64,000 bases of DNA from Camelus ferus (GCF_009834535.1 NC_045697.1:84880001-84944000), one strand, 5' to 3'; positions 38,561-52,600 are shown, numbered from the stretch's first letter. Program-made: numbers and translations. The notes: a model not told the origin generated them from the letters alone.

Positions 38561-41261
38561 GTACACACTACAACGAACATTTACTTGAGAACTTCCTTGT
38601 GGAAGTTCTCATGCCACATGTGATCTTGTACCTTTCTCAGGAATTCTGCATGTGGGGCCTCTATTTTCTGTCCTCTACATTTTTCATCTCTTGTTTTACC
38701 TTGTTTTTTTTTTTCCAGAGAAAAGTTTTTCTCTTCAGTTTCAGAAGGGATAGATTAATTTGTCATTCATATTGTTGATTCAGCTTTTCAAACTATCAGT
38801 GCCTTTAGAGTAGATTTAAAACCTATTATTTTTGTTGTTACTGAAGATTTGCCTCATGTCACTTCTCTTACATTTAATTTCATCTTATTGTCTTTTAATC
38901 TCATAATTAGGCTCCATTATAGTGTAAGCAGTTGTACTTAGTTATAAATGGTATATCTGGGGAAAATGAGTATATTCTTGCTAGAATTACTAGGAATCTC
39001 CCTTTGAATGTCAGAAAACGATATAACCTTAAAAAAAAGTGTATGTGGGGGAAGGGGCATACTATAGGATCAACAAAGCTCATACAACACAAAATTGACT
39101 TATCTCTACTACCCATAACCATGTCCACATGCCATACCCTCTCTTTCTACTAGATATTTCCTTGTGTATCAATTTTTCAGAAGCGGACACATCAGATCAA
39201 TATAACTGAAGATACATTTTAAGTTATTCTTTAAATTTCTGTCAGCATTTTTTAATGTAGTCAATTTAATGTATGATGGGCAGATTGGCTCTATCACATT
39301 CTATAATTATTGCTGTCAGGATACTTCTAGCCAGAGATGGAATTGTTTCTGCATTTATCATTCTCTGTCCCTGCTTATGTATTTGTCGGTGCAGCTGTGA
39401 TTCATTTATGTTATAATACTGCAGCTAATTGTGTATGGGCTATTTGATCAAAAACAACATTTTAACAAGACCAAAATAGCCAAGGCAAGGGAAAAATGTA
39501 ATTATATAACAATGTTAGAACTTTTTTTGGAAGCAGCATTGAAAAAGATTATGCATTTGAATAGCTCCAAAAGCCAAATAATAATTATGGTGGCATTGTT
39601 CTGTTGTCCATATTGTCCAAATCTGGATTGGTCTGCCAGAAAGAAAAAAGTGAATTATCCCTCATTATCTTGTTTGATTTGGCCCTTTGAATGGTCAATA
39701 TTGCTAAATTGCCCTTTGGGTGGGAAGAAATTAGATTCTATCATATGTCACTAAAGGTCTCTTTTCATGGTTGGATGTTTTTGAATTTATGAGTCTCAGA
39801 ATGCCATGGCTAAGTAAAGATAATTACAAATGCAATTATTAGTCATTTATGCCATCAACATAACATACAATGGATCATTTGCTCAGAAATTTGCAAGGCA
39901 CTTATAAACATGGAAAAAAAAAAAAAAAAAAAGAAAACTCCAGGAGCTAAAGTAAACTTGATTTGAGACAATGAGAATTATATGCTCCTGACATTAATTT
40001 TTGTGCCAGATATATTTCAAATAAGACAATTGCCCTTTCTTGTGCCTTTGTGAAGGCTAGTCCACATGAGTATAAGAACATAGTAATCTTATAGATTAAG
40101 CCCACTGTTATATGAATGAAGAATAGAATGAAGTTGGTATTGCTGGGCACTTGAATAAATGTGGGAGGACTAAAGAAATCTTCCTTGGAACAACTTCTGT
40201 TATCTTCTAACAAAAGTGGTTTGATTTGATAAAGTGAACACTATTGAGGTAGTAGTTGTCTTGATCCTCCCAAGCAGGTTTTCCCAATCCCATTCTCTGT
40301 CATAGCACACTCTAACATTTTCTTTGGGGAAGTGTTTCTCGCCTGTTCTTGTGATCTTAGTAGAACTCCTAGTCACAATACCCTTCCTGCTGGTGGTGAG
40401 ATTGATCCTGTGTCCCCCCATCTGGACCCATCACGTTGTTGAGTCACTGTGGACACCGTGATTGAAGCCAGATGCAGTATGTGGCCCGCACTGTGACTGA
40501 GGGCAGTTCGATTTCTCTCCAGGAAATTTCCGAGTTAGAGTTGGTGAAATAATGTTCTTGCTAACTGAATCAAGAATGAACAAAAGTGGCCTAAAGTTGG
40601 TTGTCAAATGCCCTGTAACATGGATGAAAACAAGCAATGGTGGGAGGGGCTGGAGAGGGTCATGGAGAGGAGACCAAGATCATTCTTTCTAACTAAATTA
40701 TTATTTCTAACTCAATAATTTAGTTAGAAAGAAGTCCCTGAGGAGTCCCTGAGGCTAACCACTTTCTTATACATCCTAACTTCAAAAACTGATATTCCTT
40801 TTATTACTTAAGTTCTTTTGAATTGTATTAATACTGCAATTAGCTGAATAATGTCACCAATGACTAAAAGCAGTCCATTCTGACTAATATAAAAATGATC
40901 TGCTGTATAACTGGAAATAGAATATTTATTTTGGCGGCTGATAATATTTCCTATGCTGCTGCAGTCATTTGTAGGATTTAGTGTTCAATTTCCTTGGCAA
41001 TATGGAAATATCCTACAAATACATAGCTAGCGGTGAAAGTAATGACAGGCTATGCTAGTGAGGCATTCTAAGTGTTAAAGGTTTATGTGAGTATATGAAC
41101 AATGGTATTAGCATGTTAGTATATTAGTGCATAAAAATTTTCAAAATACTTCAGAGAAGGGGATGCATTATGTTGAAGATAAAGGTAAACTAAGTGGTAA
41201 GTTCACCAATGAAAAGAAAACAGTATTGATATTCAACAAAAACACATCCATAAAAATGAAA

Positions 41262-41400
41262 GCCACTAGCATTTATTGAATGCAACCCTGGTGTTTTCAC
41301 ATACGTAAAATTTTTTATTCTCATATCAACCTGTGAGGTAGATGTTAGTATTCTTATTTTGTGGGAAGTAAGTTTCTCAGAGGGGAGAGATTCAAGTTCA
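41262..41400 (-). mobile_element. MIR fragment
   Basis: ctagcatttattgaatg...ttctcatatcaacctgtgaggtagatg. Confidence 0.7.
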
Positions 41401-41414
41401 GTCATGAATGACTA

Positions 41415-41910
41415 ATGGTTTAATCAGTGGTACCTATGTAATGGAGTCCCCATAAAACCCCAAAAGGACAGACCTGGAGAGCTTCCCACACAGTGAGCAC
41501 ATCCACATGCTGGGAGAGTGGCAACACCCCAGTTCCACAGGCACAGAGGCCCTTGCACTTGGGGCCCTTCTTGATCTCACCCTATATACCTCTTCATCTG
41601 GCTGTTCATCTGTCTCCTTTAAAAATATCCTTTATAATAAACAGGTGAATATAAGTAAATATTTCTCTGAGTTCTGTGAGCCACTCTAGCAAACTCACAT
41701 AACTCAGAGAAATATTTGCATATATTGAACCCAGGAAGTTTACAGGAACCTTCAATATACAATTGATCAGAAACACAGGTAACAACCTAGACTTGGATTG
41801 GCATCTGAAGTGAGTGCAGTCTTGTGAGACTGAGCCCTTACCTCTGAGCTCTGAAGCAGTCTGTGTGTCAGAATTGAGTTAATTGCTTGGTGGTGTTGGA
41901 AAACACACAG
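41415..41910 (+). mobile_element. MER21-family LTR fragment
   Basis: cctatgtaatgga...catgctgggagagtggc...ctgagttctgtgagccactctagcaaa...ttggcatctgaagtg...gcagtcttgtgagactgagccctta...gtgtcagaattgag. Confidence 0.85.
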
Positions 41911-42160
41911 CAGACCAGGCAAGCTTCTAAATCCCAGGTAGCTGGAGCACATGGACTACAGTTGTGATGCTAATAACAGAATTTCTAGTCTGAATGACAT
42001 TCCTAGTTGTCATCATTCATAAACAATGGGCGTTCAGGTGTCATCCTCAGATTTGATTTTTGCTTGTTTTTTTGTTTACTGTTTTTCTGGTAGCCAATCC
42101 CTAAGGCTCCAATTTCTCCAGGCACAAATGAGAGAGACTCTCTGGGGCTTAAGCAGACAG

Positions 42161-42554
42161 TGTTATGAGCTGAATTATGTCATTCCAGAATTCTTATGTC
42201 AAAACCCTAAGCCCCTGTACCTCAGAATTTTACTATATTTAGAGCCAGGGCCTTTAAAGAGGTAATTAAGTTAAAATGAGGCCATTAGGTTAAGCATCTA
42301 ATCTGGTATGTTTATGAGAGGAGGGAATTTTGACACGCAGAGATGCCAGGGATGTGCTTACATGGAGGAGAGACCCCGTGAAGACACAGGGAGAAGGTGG
42401 CGGTCTGCAAGGCAAGGAGGGAGGCCTCAGGAGGAACTAAGCCTGCTGTCACCTGACCCTGCACTTCTAGCCTCTAGAATTGTGCAAAATTTATGATGCT
42501 TAAGCCATCCAGTTTGAGGTATTTTTTTTACAGCAGCCCTAGCAAACTAACACA
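42161..42554 (+). mobile_element. MLT1B-like MaLR solo LTR
   Basis: TGTTATGAGCTGAATT start, gggcctttaaagaggtaattaagttaaaatgaggcc internal, gcagccctagcaaactaacaCA end. Confidence 0.9.
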
Positions 42555-43774
42555 GTTAGAGTCAGCTAGTCACTACCTTGATTGGCCCTTCACACACTTC
42601 CATCAGCTTTCACGTGCTTGGCCACTTCCTGAGAACATATGTAAGGGAATGTAGCCAAGTTTAGGAATGATTTGCATTTCCTTCTTTCTATTTTTCTTCA
42701 TTATGGACAGATTTTTCTATAATCTAAAATATTTCTGTTATATTCTTTAAAAAGCTATCTTTAAAACAAACAAAAAATAACCCCTAAGTTTGAAAAGTTT
42801 AAGTTCAGCTAATGTCATATACAAGTGCCTTTATTTAACAAATCATAAAGTGCAGTTCAACAATATATATAATAAAATACGTCCAAATAAAAAAAATGGG
42901 AAATTAAATGAACCATCATATGCTTTATCTAACTGACAGAATTCCATGTATTTAGAAATACCCATATAGTTGACTTTTCAAGCATAATTAGAATAGTTGT
43001 GATTTGGACATAAGCTCTGTTGCCCCATCAGTACATTTTTGATGGTTTGTTCTAAGAATAATAATAACTTGTAGCCTTTCAAATGCACAGCCACCATTAG
43101 CTTTTAATAAAACTTCTTCTCTGTGTATATATATTAGAGGACCAAATGTTGAGAGACTAGTGAGGGGGTTCAGAATATGTTTGAAACTGAGAACGATTCC
43201 AGTGGAAATATAGCTACAGAGGAACATGGATCATTAGAAGAACCAGCAAGGACAGAGGTGATAAAGAAATACAATATGGGAGAGAAGGATCAAATTCAGG
43301 ATACAGAAGAAATAAACTTGGTTTGGAGGAAACAAACCAAGATTTATGTGGCTTTTGATCAAATGTCAAAGTACAGGATATAGACAATAAGTAAGTGAAC
43401 CCACAAGCAACTGAAATATTTTAGTTTATTCCCAGCTGACATTCCCAATGACATTTCTTCAGTTATTGGGAAAAAAAAAAACATTGAAAAATGAAAGTGA
43501 CTTTATAAATCACTTTGCCCTTCACCAGTCAACATCTAACCTTGCTATGCTTGTGTGGTAAAAAAAATAATGCTTCAAGGCATAAAGCTCTTGGAACTGT
43601 GGAAAGGCTGAAAAAGATTTTTTCTAAAACCTTTCATCCTAAATGGGTTTGAAATATTGTACTACCCAGCTACACACTGAAATTGTTATTTCACATAGAA
43701 ATGTACTTGGATTATAAATCTATGCCTTCAGATGTAAATGCACTGGATCACCTTAGGAAAGGTAATAAAATAAT

Positions 43775-44030
43775 AATGATAATAATGCTGCTGCCATTTA
43801 TTGGGAAATTTTATGTCTATTAATGTATATTATGGGAATATTATGTATATTATGGGAATTTTTATACTATAAAGAAAATTATAATAATAGCTCAATTATA
43901 TGTAAGTTTACAGATGAGGAAATCGAGGGTCAGATGGTTCCCTTCGCTCATAGTCTCAGAGCTTGTAAGTGGTAAAGATGGAATGTGAAGTCAGGTTTCT
44001 TTGACTCGGAGCACTGGTGCTTTTAACTTC
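43775..44030 (-). mobile_element. MIR
   Basis: gccatttattg...tttacagatgaggaaatcgagggtcaga...cagagcttgtaagtggt. Confidence 0.75.
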
Positions 44031-44119
44031 TAACTCCAGGCTCTGTGACCTCAGTACCACTACCCATTTTTGATCATTAAATGCCTGCTCTCCTGGCCGT
44101 TTTCTGTTCCCTGATGCCC

Positions 44120-44440
44120 ATCTCAACATCTTTGCACTGACTGTTCCGTTGCCCAGAAAATTCTTATGACTTTCTCCTTTTACTTCTTGATCTCAATTAA
44201 TGTATTACCTCCTCAGTAGGCGTCCCTAACCAGCCCATTTAAAGTGGTCCAGTTACTATCACATTAAGCCATTTTATTTTCTTTATGACATTTATCACCA
44301 ACTAGTATTTTCTTATTTTTATTTGTGAATGTGGTTATCTCTTCCCATCCCCTTCACGAAGGATATGAGCCTTATTCCCTAGAAAAAGGCCTAACACATA
44401 AGATTCTCAATGGATATTTGAATAATAAATAAATGAATCT
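44120..44440 (+). mobile_element. L2 3' end
   Basis: ctttgcactgactgttcc...tattacctcctcag...ggcctaacacataagattctcaatggatatttgaataataaataaatgaat. Confidence 0.75.
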
Positions 44441-45889
44441 CATTGAACTTATGCATGAGATATTTAATGGGCATGATTATCCATAATTTTATTAACATTT
44501 TTAATCTTACCAAAGTTCACAGCAGTAAAATATCTTTCCAATGATCACTGAGTCAATATGTGGCAAAACGAATTCAAAACCAGGTTAGTCTTATTCCAAA
44601 GTCTATGCTCTTATTCAGGAAGCTATATTTACTGCCTTAAGACAAGTGACAATAAGGAGTCACTAGCCTGTGTAGCTCAGGTGTCTCCCTCAGGAATGTC
44701 CTTAGCGCAGAAGAAATCCCTTGGAAAAAATAGTGGGTCCCTGATTACTTGGAAGTTGTATTGGCTCAGAGGCACAATAAAAAGGAAAGGATAGAAAATC
44801 ATTAATTACCTTTTAGATTAAAACTTTTCACACCATAAAGGCAAACATCATTGAAATTCAAAAGGAAAAGTTATTTATGCTTTCTTTTAGAAACATTAAA
44901 AGAAGAACTGTAAACTAAATTTCAGAAGTTATCTTCTAGGACTAAACTTAATTCGTACTTTTTCACCTGGTTATCTATAGGGTCATTTCCATTTTGAAAC
45001 TGTGAATGAGGTATTTTCAAGCATTTTATTTAAGCTAGAATGAAATTAAAAGATAAAACGTAGCAAAAATAAAAAGGATCAATTTGTTAATCTATCTTAA
45101 CTTATGTTTATGTCAATAGCTATATCTATCTATGTACAAAATAGGCAGGAATTTTCAGGAAGGAGAACCAGCAGGAAAATAGGTCAAAAACTTCCAATAA
45201 CCAGTTCTCTAGGAAAGCAGTCCTTGTCTGGATTAGAAAGCTAAGTCATTTAAATTCCCCAAACTGAAAAAGAATATAGATTATTTGCAGATTGGTCTAT
45301 TACTTCCAGAAGGAAAGATATATGATGTTAAAAATTACTGTTGGGTTCATTTTCTGAGAGCCTGGCAGTCCCTCCAGATGGGAGTGTAGTCATTCATACG
45401 TACCTGCCTTAGTCGTGCCTTCCATCTGTCTCCACTTCAGTCCCCAGTAGGATTATTCTCCCCTGGTATATGGTACAGCTCAAATTTATGTCCTAACGTG
45501 TTGTACCTATGTCCAGAAGCTCACATGGCAATGTAGTAAATGTGCAAAACATTTTAAACGTCTTATGTTCATTTGATTTTCTTAGGGGACCAATTCAGAT
45601 TTGAAAGGGAAGTTTAAGAGAGACTTATCTAAAATCACTATATGTGGTATTTAGAATGTGCTAGTCTTTCCTTTTTTTTCTTGAATAGTTACAATATTGA
45701 GGATTATTTTTCTTAAGGTTAAGTAAAAGTAGTTATACTAAAACATAAAGAAGGATAATCTACAAAACAAACCATAGTAAAGAGAAATGATTTCTAGATA
45801 TTTTCATTAAATTTATTCAAAGTGAGTCTACTCTTTACATTTCCTGGTAACCTCATGAAAACTATAATTAATAAAACCATATGGTATGT

Positions 45890-46110
45890 TTAATAATAGC
45901 AAAGGTGTATATAGTACATTGGCTTGTTGTGTCCCAGGCACTATTTTAAGTGCTTCACATGAATTGCCACAAAATATTATGTTTATTATTCTTGTTTTAG
46001 GATGAGGAAACTGAGGCAGAGAGATGCTATGAAACTTGTACAAAGTCATATAGTTGGTGAGCATCACAACTGAGATTCTAAACCAACAGTCTGGCTCCAG
46101 CGGCTGAGCC
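45890..46110 (-). mobile_element. MIR
   Basis: ccaggcactattttaagtgcttcacatg...gatgaggaaactgaggcagagag...cagtctggctccag. Confidence 0.85.
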
Positions 46111-47124
46111 CAGAGACACTAAAATGTGCTGACATGTTATCAAACATATTTATTTTGCATTGCTATCAGCTAAAGAAGAATCCTTGTTGCCTGAGGTGCT
46201 GGGGAAATGAAGAATTACTCTGACATCAAACTGCTCCACATAAATAAATTTACCCATTAGTTTAAGCATATTCCTTTAAGTAGCCAATACTTTTGATGAA
46301 TATTTATTCTAACAAGGATTACATACTTTCCTGACTTCTTTGCCAAAGTTCATTAGACTTTCTTTTTTTTTTTAATGCAGATTCTGAAACAACACTAGAA
46401 ATATCTTTGATTTTTTAACTTTGTTCTCTAGGTCATGGATTCAGAGCTTTGGGAGTATGTAAAGCTGATTATGTTCCCTTACTAAACATTGCTTTCTCTT
46501 TAGGTTTTTATCTCCTTTTTGAATAGTTTTCTGCATTCTTCCCTGTAGGCATGATTTCATGTTACTTACTCCTATGCTGTAATTCTAGAACACTTCCGGC
46601 TCTTCCTGACTTACTACGCCACATCACCTGTGGGTTGTTAGGAATGTGTAATACCCCAGCTTGCAGGAATTGAATGTATAGTAAGAGTAAAGAAACTCCT
46701 TGTGAGAACATGATTTGTTTTCTTGCAGGTTAATTGTTCAAAATGTAATACTTGACCTTAGGCCTCAAGAACAGCTGTAATTCACTCTTAATTAACTTTG
46801 TAACTGAAAGTAGGAGACACAGTCTTCTTTCTTTCCTGTAGAATCATCTTCACATTCTCTTCCCTCTTTTCTAGTTTGGCTCTTTCCCTGGAGCTGCCTC
46901 CCTGCGGGCTTTCCCACAAGTCCTGTCCTCGGTCCTCTTCTCACCATCACCCACATTCTCCTTCTACATTCTCTCCTACTCCCATGGCCCAAACCGTGAC
47001 TTCTCTCTCCAAACTGTCATCTCTGAAATCCAGTCTGTAGTTTCCAACTGCTAAACTTCTGGGTGAGATTGCAAACAAATCACTTTTTAAATTCAGTGCA
47101 TCATTTTCTCTCTAAGCAACTGTG

Positions 47125-47285
47125 AAGTAGTGAAAGGAGCATCAGATCTGAATTCAGAAGGCGGGGCTTGAGATCCAGTAGTGCCATTTATTAGTTTTGT
47201 GAACTTTCCCAGAACACACAATCTCTGGACGACTCATTTCTCTCTCGCAAATACGCAAAATAATACTAAATCTCAAGGGTGTCAG
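47125..47285 (+). mobile_element. MIR fragment
   Basis: gtagtgaaaggagca...gccatttattagttttgtgaacttt...actcatttctctctcgcaaa. Confidence 0.6.
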
Positions 47286-49847
47286 GGCGGGGGGGAAAGG
47301 ACATTCCTTCTTGGACTCAAGCTGTGGTCATCCAGCCACATGCCACCGGTGAGCTCTTATCCACCTGTCCTCCGTTTTGATGTGAGCAGGTGCTTCCTTC
47401 TCAGCCTCACCTCAGGCTTTCTCTGACTCAGCTGCATCTCCATCCATCACTCTGGGCTCCAGAAGCCATGGTGAGACTGCCAGGGACCGCACCCTACACA
47501 CATCTGCAGCTGCTTCACACCACTGCCTCTGCAGCCTCCCAGACCGGGGAGACTTTGGGGACTTGCAGGCTTTCTCAGCCCGCTCCAGGAAATGGGAGGC
47601 ACCCCAGACCTTTCTGCTTTTATCTGCCCAGACCTGTAGAATGTTCTCAGGAGCTTGGAAGCTAGAGGCAGGTGGAACACTGGGCCCCTCTGAAGGACTC
47701 AGCAGCTGTTAAACCTCTCCCTTCTCTGATTCCCTAACCAGTCTAGTGTCAGAAAGGAACACTGTCTCAGATTGGTCAGAACTCTTCCAAATATTTTCTG
47801 GAAACTAAAAAATCAGGTCTTTTCATTTTTTTTCCTCCTAGTTCTGGTGTAACCATTGTCAGCTGAGATGATGATGAGTCTTCACTCCAGGTTGAATGGG
47901 GAAAGACCACAAAGCCAAAAACAGGGCGTGGCAGGCAGACACAGAAAGTGCGATCAGTCAGTGCGTCACAGTGGCATCCTGCTGCCAGCCCTAACAGGAG
48001 GGGTATGGCCAACAGCCGCACGAGTGCTCAGCTTGGAAAAGAGGTGTTCACCTCCCACTATGAGCTTGATAATCCTAATAAAGAAATGGGCCTGATTTCC
48101 TAGCACTCTAATTTAGCCCTGTGGGAACTTTCTTTTTTCTCCACTTTTTCTCAGTCTATCTTTCTTTTACTAGTTTTTTTTTCCTCTCGTCCTCTTTTTA
48201 ACCCTGCTTTTGCTTCACTGGGATTGACCCTTCCCTGCCCTGAGGGAGGCCTGATACTCACTGAAAGACGATTGGCTCAGAAAAAGAGAAACATCTTCAA
48301 TGGGAAATAAGCCTGAGAAAATTATCATATTACATATTATATACCTTTCCCTCTATCCCCATGTATATTAGCTTAATAAAGTTTCTGGGGTAAAATCTGC
48401 AATTAAAGAAGCCTGTTTAAATTTGACTAATTGTTTTATAAACACCCAGTGATAATACGCATTTTAAGTAACATATGTGGGAAATGATCTTTTAGAAAAA
48501 GTTGCTGGAGTGGAGAGAGAGGTTAGACATTCTTCTAACTTCTGAGAACGATACACTTTATAGTTGGAAGTAATTTCAGGTGCCTCCGGCAAAGGGTAGT
48601 CAACTCCCCATGCTTTCTGTCCAACTGTGGCCAGCAGTTTATAAAACACAAGCTCTTACAAAGGTGACTTATCTACATCAGTGCGACAAAGAAACTAATA
48701 TTTCAAAAAGCCATGTAGGCATCTTTCCTTATCTCTCTGGGAAATATATGGATATTTTGGATAATATATAGAGACAAGTACGTGCAAAAAAAAAAAAAAC
48801 CTTAAATAATGAATAAACTTCAAAGCCTATTTGGTTTTTATTCAATTCTTTTGTCTCAGGAGGTTTACAGTGTAGCTAACGTTTCTCTCTCTTCCAGGTT
48901 GTATTGCATCAATCTGCCCTTTGATAAGAGACTTGACACTCTGTCTTTCCATAGTCAACACATGATATTTTTCTTGATGAAGTAGGGAGGGAGGCTTTCA
49001 TTTTGAGAAAAAACACAGTGAGGCTATTCTTTGCTTCATTGAAAGCTTGACCCCTTCCCTACTAGGCTTTAAAGTATCTGCTGGTCTGGGACATTAGAAG
49101 GCAAACTGAAATTAAAAAAAAACAAAAAAGCAAGATTATCCTTGGTCAGGGGAAATTCAGTGGGGTGAGTTTGTATGTGCATGTGTGGGTGTTTAACCTA
49201 AGAGTTAGTTACCTTATTTTCAGCCTTGAGCCTTTGTTAAGTTCAGATCAAAGTTTGTATAGTCCCTATTCTATTATTATTCCCCATACTTAGATTAGAA
49301 TAAGTAGATAGAATGCAAGGGGTAGTGGTCTCTGAAGTAAAAAAAAAAAACACTCTGAAATTTGAAACCATTTTAAATGTTGAAGTTGAAACTGGATGTG
49401 AAGTTTCTCTTAAACGTGTTTCCAAGATTTTAAAAATGGTGGAATCCAACCTAGAGTGTATCAAATACTCCAGATCTGGCAAGATGATTTACAAATTGAC
49501 ATAGAAAAAAAAACCAGCAGTAAAGATCAAACCAGAAAAATAATGAGACTCAGCAGCACACATAGTGTTGTGTTCGACGTTACATGAGTGGTGCCTTTAT
49601 AAAAGGATTGCCAGTCGTTAGTGGTTGGAGGGTGAAGGATTGCCTTGGTGGAGAGTAAACACCACGTGGCAAGTGTTGGATTTAAGCCTTGTCCTGCATT
49701 ATTTAAACACAAAGGGAACCAAGAGTGTGAGGCAGAAAGCAAGAGGCCCAAGGTGTGCTCTCTACCCTTAACTCTCCTGGCAGACATCTAGCCAGAGATG
49801 CTGGAGTGTGGGGAAGCTTGCTGGATTAGAGGTCTGTGGATTTTTTT

Positions 49848-50158
49848 CCAGTTGTTATTGAGATAAAATTGGCATATAACATTGTGTAAGTTATGATGTG
49901 TAATGTGATTTGATATACATGTATCGTGAAATGACTACCACCATAACACAGCCATCGCCTCACATATTTACAATTTTTTTGGTATGTGCATGAAGAAAAT
50001 ATTTAAGATTTAACCTTTTAGCGACTTTCAAGTACATAATACAATTAATAATACAATTAACAAGTACATTAACTATAGTCACCATGCTGTACATTACATC
50101 CCCGGACCTTGCGTATCTTATAACTGGCCAACATCTCCCCATTCACCCACACCCCAAG
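49848..50158 (-). mobile_element. L1MA9-like 3' end with probable TSD
   Basis: ttattgagataaaattggcatataacattgtgtaagtt...ttaactatagtcaccatgctgtacattacatcccc; ggattttttt flanks it at 49838-49847 and 50159-50168. Confidence 0.85.
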
Positions 50159-50429
50159 GGATTTTTTTTGATAAATACTGCTCAAATTGTCCAGTTTGTC
50201 TTAGCAAAAACTGATGAAGTTCTGAAACGTATACTACTGCCTTCTTAAAATTAAAATTTTTTTGACCTTTTTAAATTGTTAAATTATCAAGTCTATATAT
50301 TACAGCTTCTCACTTTATCCTTTAAACTTTTATTCTTTCCAAATATCAGTTTTGTTTTATATCATTATTCTTAATATGTTGACTTTTAACTACAAATTCC
50401 ACTTAATGACCCTTAATTTCTGTGTAAAA

Positions 50430-50560
50430 ACCTTCACATGCTTATCACATAATTTAATCTTTGAAACATTACAGAAAAATTAGTATTATCACCATTTTAA
50501 ATAAAGAAATAAAGGCACAGAAAGCTTAAGTAATTTGCCAAAGTTCATACAATTAGTAAC
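50430..50560 (-). mobile_element. MIR fragment
   Basis: gtattatcaccattttaaataaagaaataaaggcacagaaagcttaagtaatttgccaaag. Confidence 0.7.
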
Positions 50561-50579
50561 TTGCAAAAGTCCCCACACC

Positions 50580-50770
50580 CTTTTGAAGAATTTTCCCAGA
50601 TGTCTCACTGACAACTTCTAGTTAAATTTCACTGGCCAGAACTTCGTTGCATGAGCAGGCCTGACCAATCAGTGAATGTAAAGCGTGCAGAATTTCCCAG
50701 GGGCACGTTGCCTAGGGTTTGGTTACTGTGGGATAAGGGGAAAGTGGTTACTGGGGAGGCCAACAGCTTA
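50580..50770 (-). mobile_element. LTR33-like fragment
   Basis: tttcactggccagaactt...gggcacgttgcc...ggtttggttactgtgggataaggggaaagtgg. Confidence 0.5.
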
Positions 50771-51879
50771 TGCAGCCTGATGAAAACAAGAGAAGAATCT
50801 TCTGACTTGGTACTTCAGGTATAACTTTGATAGATAATCAAGGGAACCTTTAGGCCTCAAGTCATGTGTAGGATTCCAGAGCCTGATACAAAATAGGGAG
50901 GGAGGAGCCCAGTGGTTGGCACAGAACAGTTATCAGATGGGTTTATAGACTCTGACTCACTCCCCTCGGGGAGCCCACTTCCACGGGCCACAGTGGACTG
51001 GGGGATTACCAGCTGTCCCGCCAACAAGCTGACCGTTACATTCCTTTGCCTCCATGACTGTCCTCACTATATTTCCCCTCTGCTGAGAACTTGGACATCT
51101 CAGGCTCCTTTCTGCCAGTGCCTACTTCCTTTCTCCAGGTTAAAAAAAACCAGAGTAAATATTTTTCATTGACCAACACCACACCTGGTACTTGTATGTT
51201 TGATCTTCAAGTAATATATGTCAAAAATTATTAAGTAATGCATTTAAACACATGTGTCTTTAATTAATTACAGTTGAATTCCAGATATTTTCAAACAGGA
51301 CAAGTTTGTACAATAATTATTTTGTTCACTCTGCAAATACTTGATACATATATGGATTAATGGTTTCCTTCTAAAAAGCTGTATGTGACCTCTGGGATCT
51401 ACAGTACCACTGCTCTACATGGGAAAAATATCTGTCTGCTCTTTAGGTGGTCTATGGATAAAATAGTAATTGTTTTTGAAGACCTGGATACAAATACCAG
51501 TAACTAAATTGTCACGTTGACTCATTCATTATCTGGTTTGGGAGGAGCCCATGGGTCACACATGCTTGTGTGAATCCATTTGACAACATTTCTCTCTGAC
51601 AGTGACAATAGTTCTGAACTTAAAATTATGTGTGTGGTTATTTTTATCAAGAGTTAATGAATCTATACATTCAAGTGAGTGCTAGAGGGCTTTGAAAGAA
51701 GTCATCTTCAGCAACTACTCAAAACTTGTCTGAGCTCCCTCTTTGATCATTACTTCTCAGAGCCAGGATAATTTTTAAAACCTCCAATCTAGGAAGATGT
51801 TTCTGGATATAGGTATTTACATATAAAGTCGTTCTTGCCGCCTCTGCTGCAAGCTTCATAACTAACCCATTGTTAAGAC

Positions 51880-52600
51880 CTGCTCCTTTTAACTTTTAAT
51901 TGTGACCTAAATCCAGGTATTTCTTGCCGCCTCCACCACTTCCATCCTTGCCCAAGACTCCATCATTTCTCCTCTGGACTATTCTAAAACAGTCTTGACG
52001 AGTTTCCCAGCCTCCTTATTGTTCCCTTACAGTACAGTCTTATGAAATCAGCCAGAAGGAACTTTAAAAATTGTAAATCTAGTTACAGAACCCACAAATG
52101 GTTGTCATCACGCTCAGATTAGAATGCAAACCATTTTATCCCTCCTACTATGCTATGCACAATCTGACTGTCTCCATCCGTATCTTGTGTTCATCTCTTC
52201 TTTGCTTGCACTGGCCCCCTTGCTGGAACAACAGTGCCTGTTCTTACTTTGAACTTTTTTCTTCTGCCACATCTCTGCTTGGGATGCTGTGCCTAAAAAC
52301 CCTCTCCTGTCTCACTCACCCACCTCAACCGGTTTCTGCTGAGATGTCACCTCCTTGAACACCTAGAGTCTGGGCATTGAGTGATCTGCCTGTCTGAAAT
52401 AACCACATTCTCCACACCCTTACTTACAGTTTGTTCCTTTGTCTTTTGTTGTTCATTGTGGCTCTCATTGCCACCTAAAATTATGTTTTTTTTTAAATTT
52501 GCTGATTCTTCCACAATCAGCCCACTTGAATGTAATGTTCATCACAGATGGGATTTGCCTAGCACTTAGTTCTCAATGGATATTTATTTAATAAGTAATA
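51880..52600 (+). mobile_element. L2 3' portion
   Basis: ccatcatttctcctctggacta...cagccagaaggaactttaaaaattgtaaatct...cacttgaatgtaatgttcatc...gcctagcacttagttctcaatggatatttatt. Confidence 0.75.

Noticed and set aside
46410..46510. Acceptor-like sites at ~46431 and ~46503 (also ~48897)
   Set aside because: No matching strong donor with a credible open frame; such sites are common in T-rich DNA.
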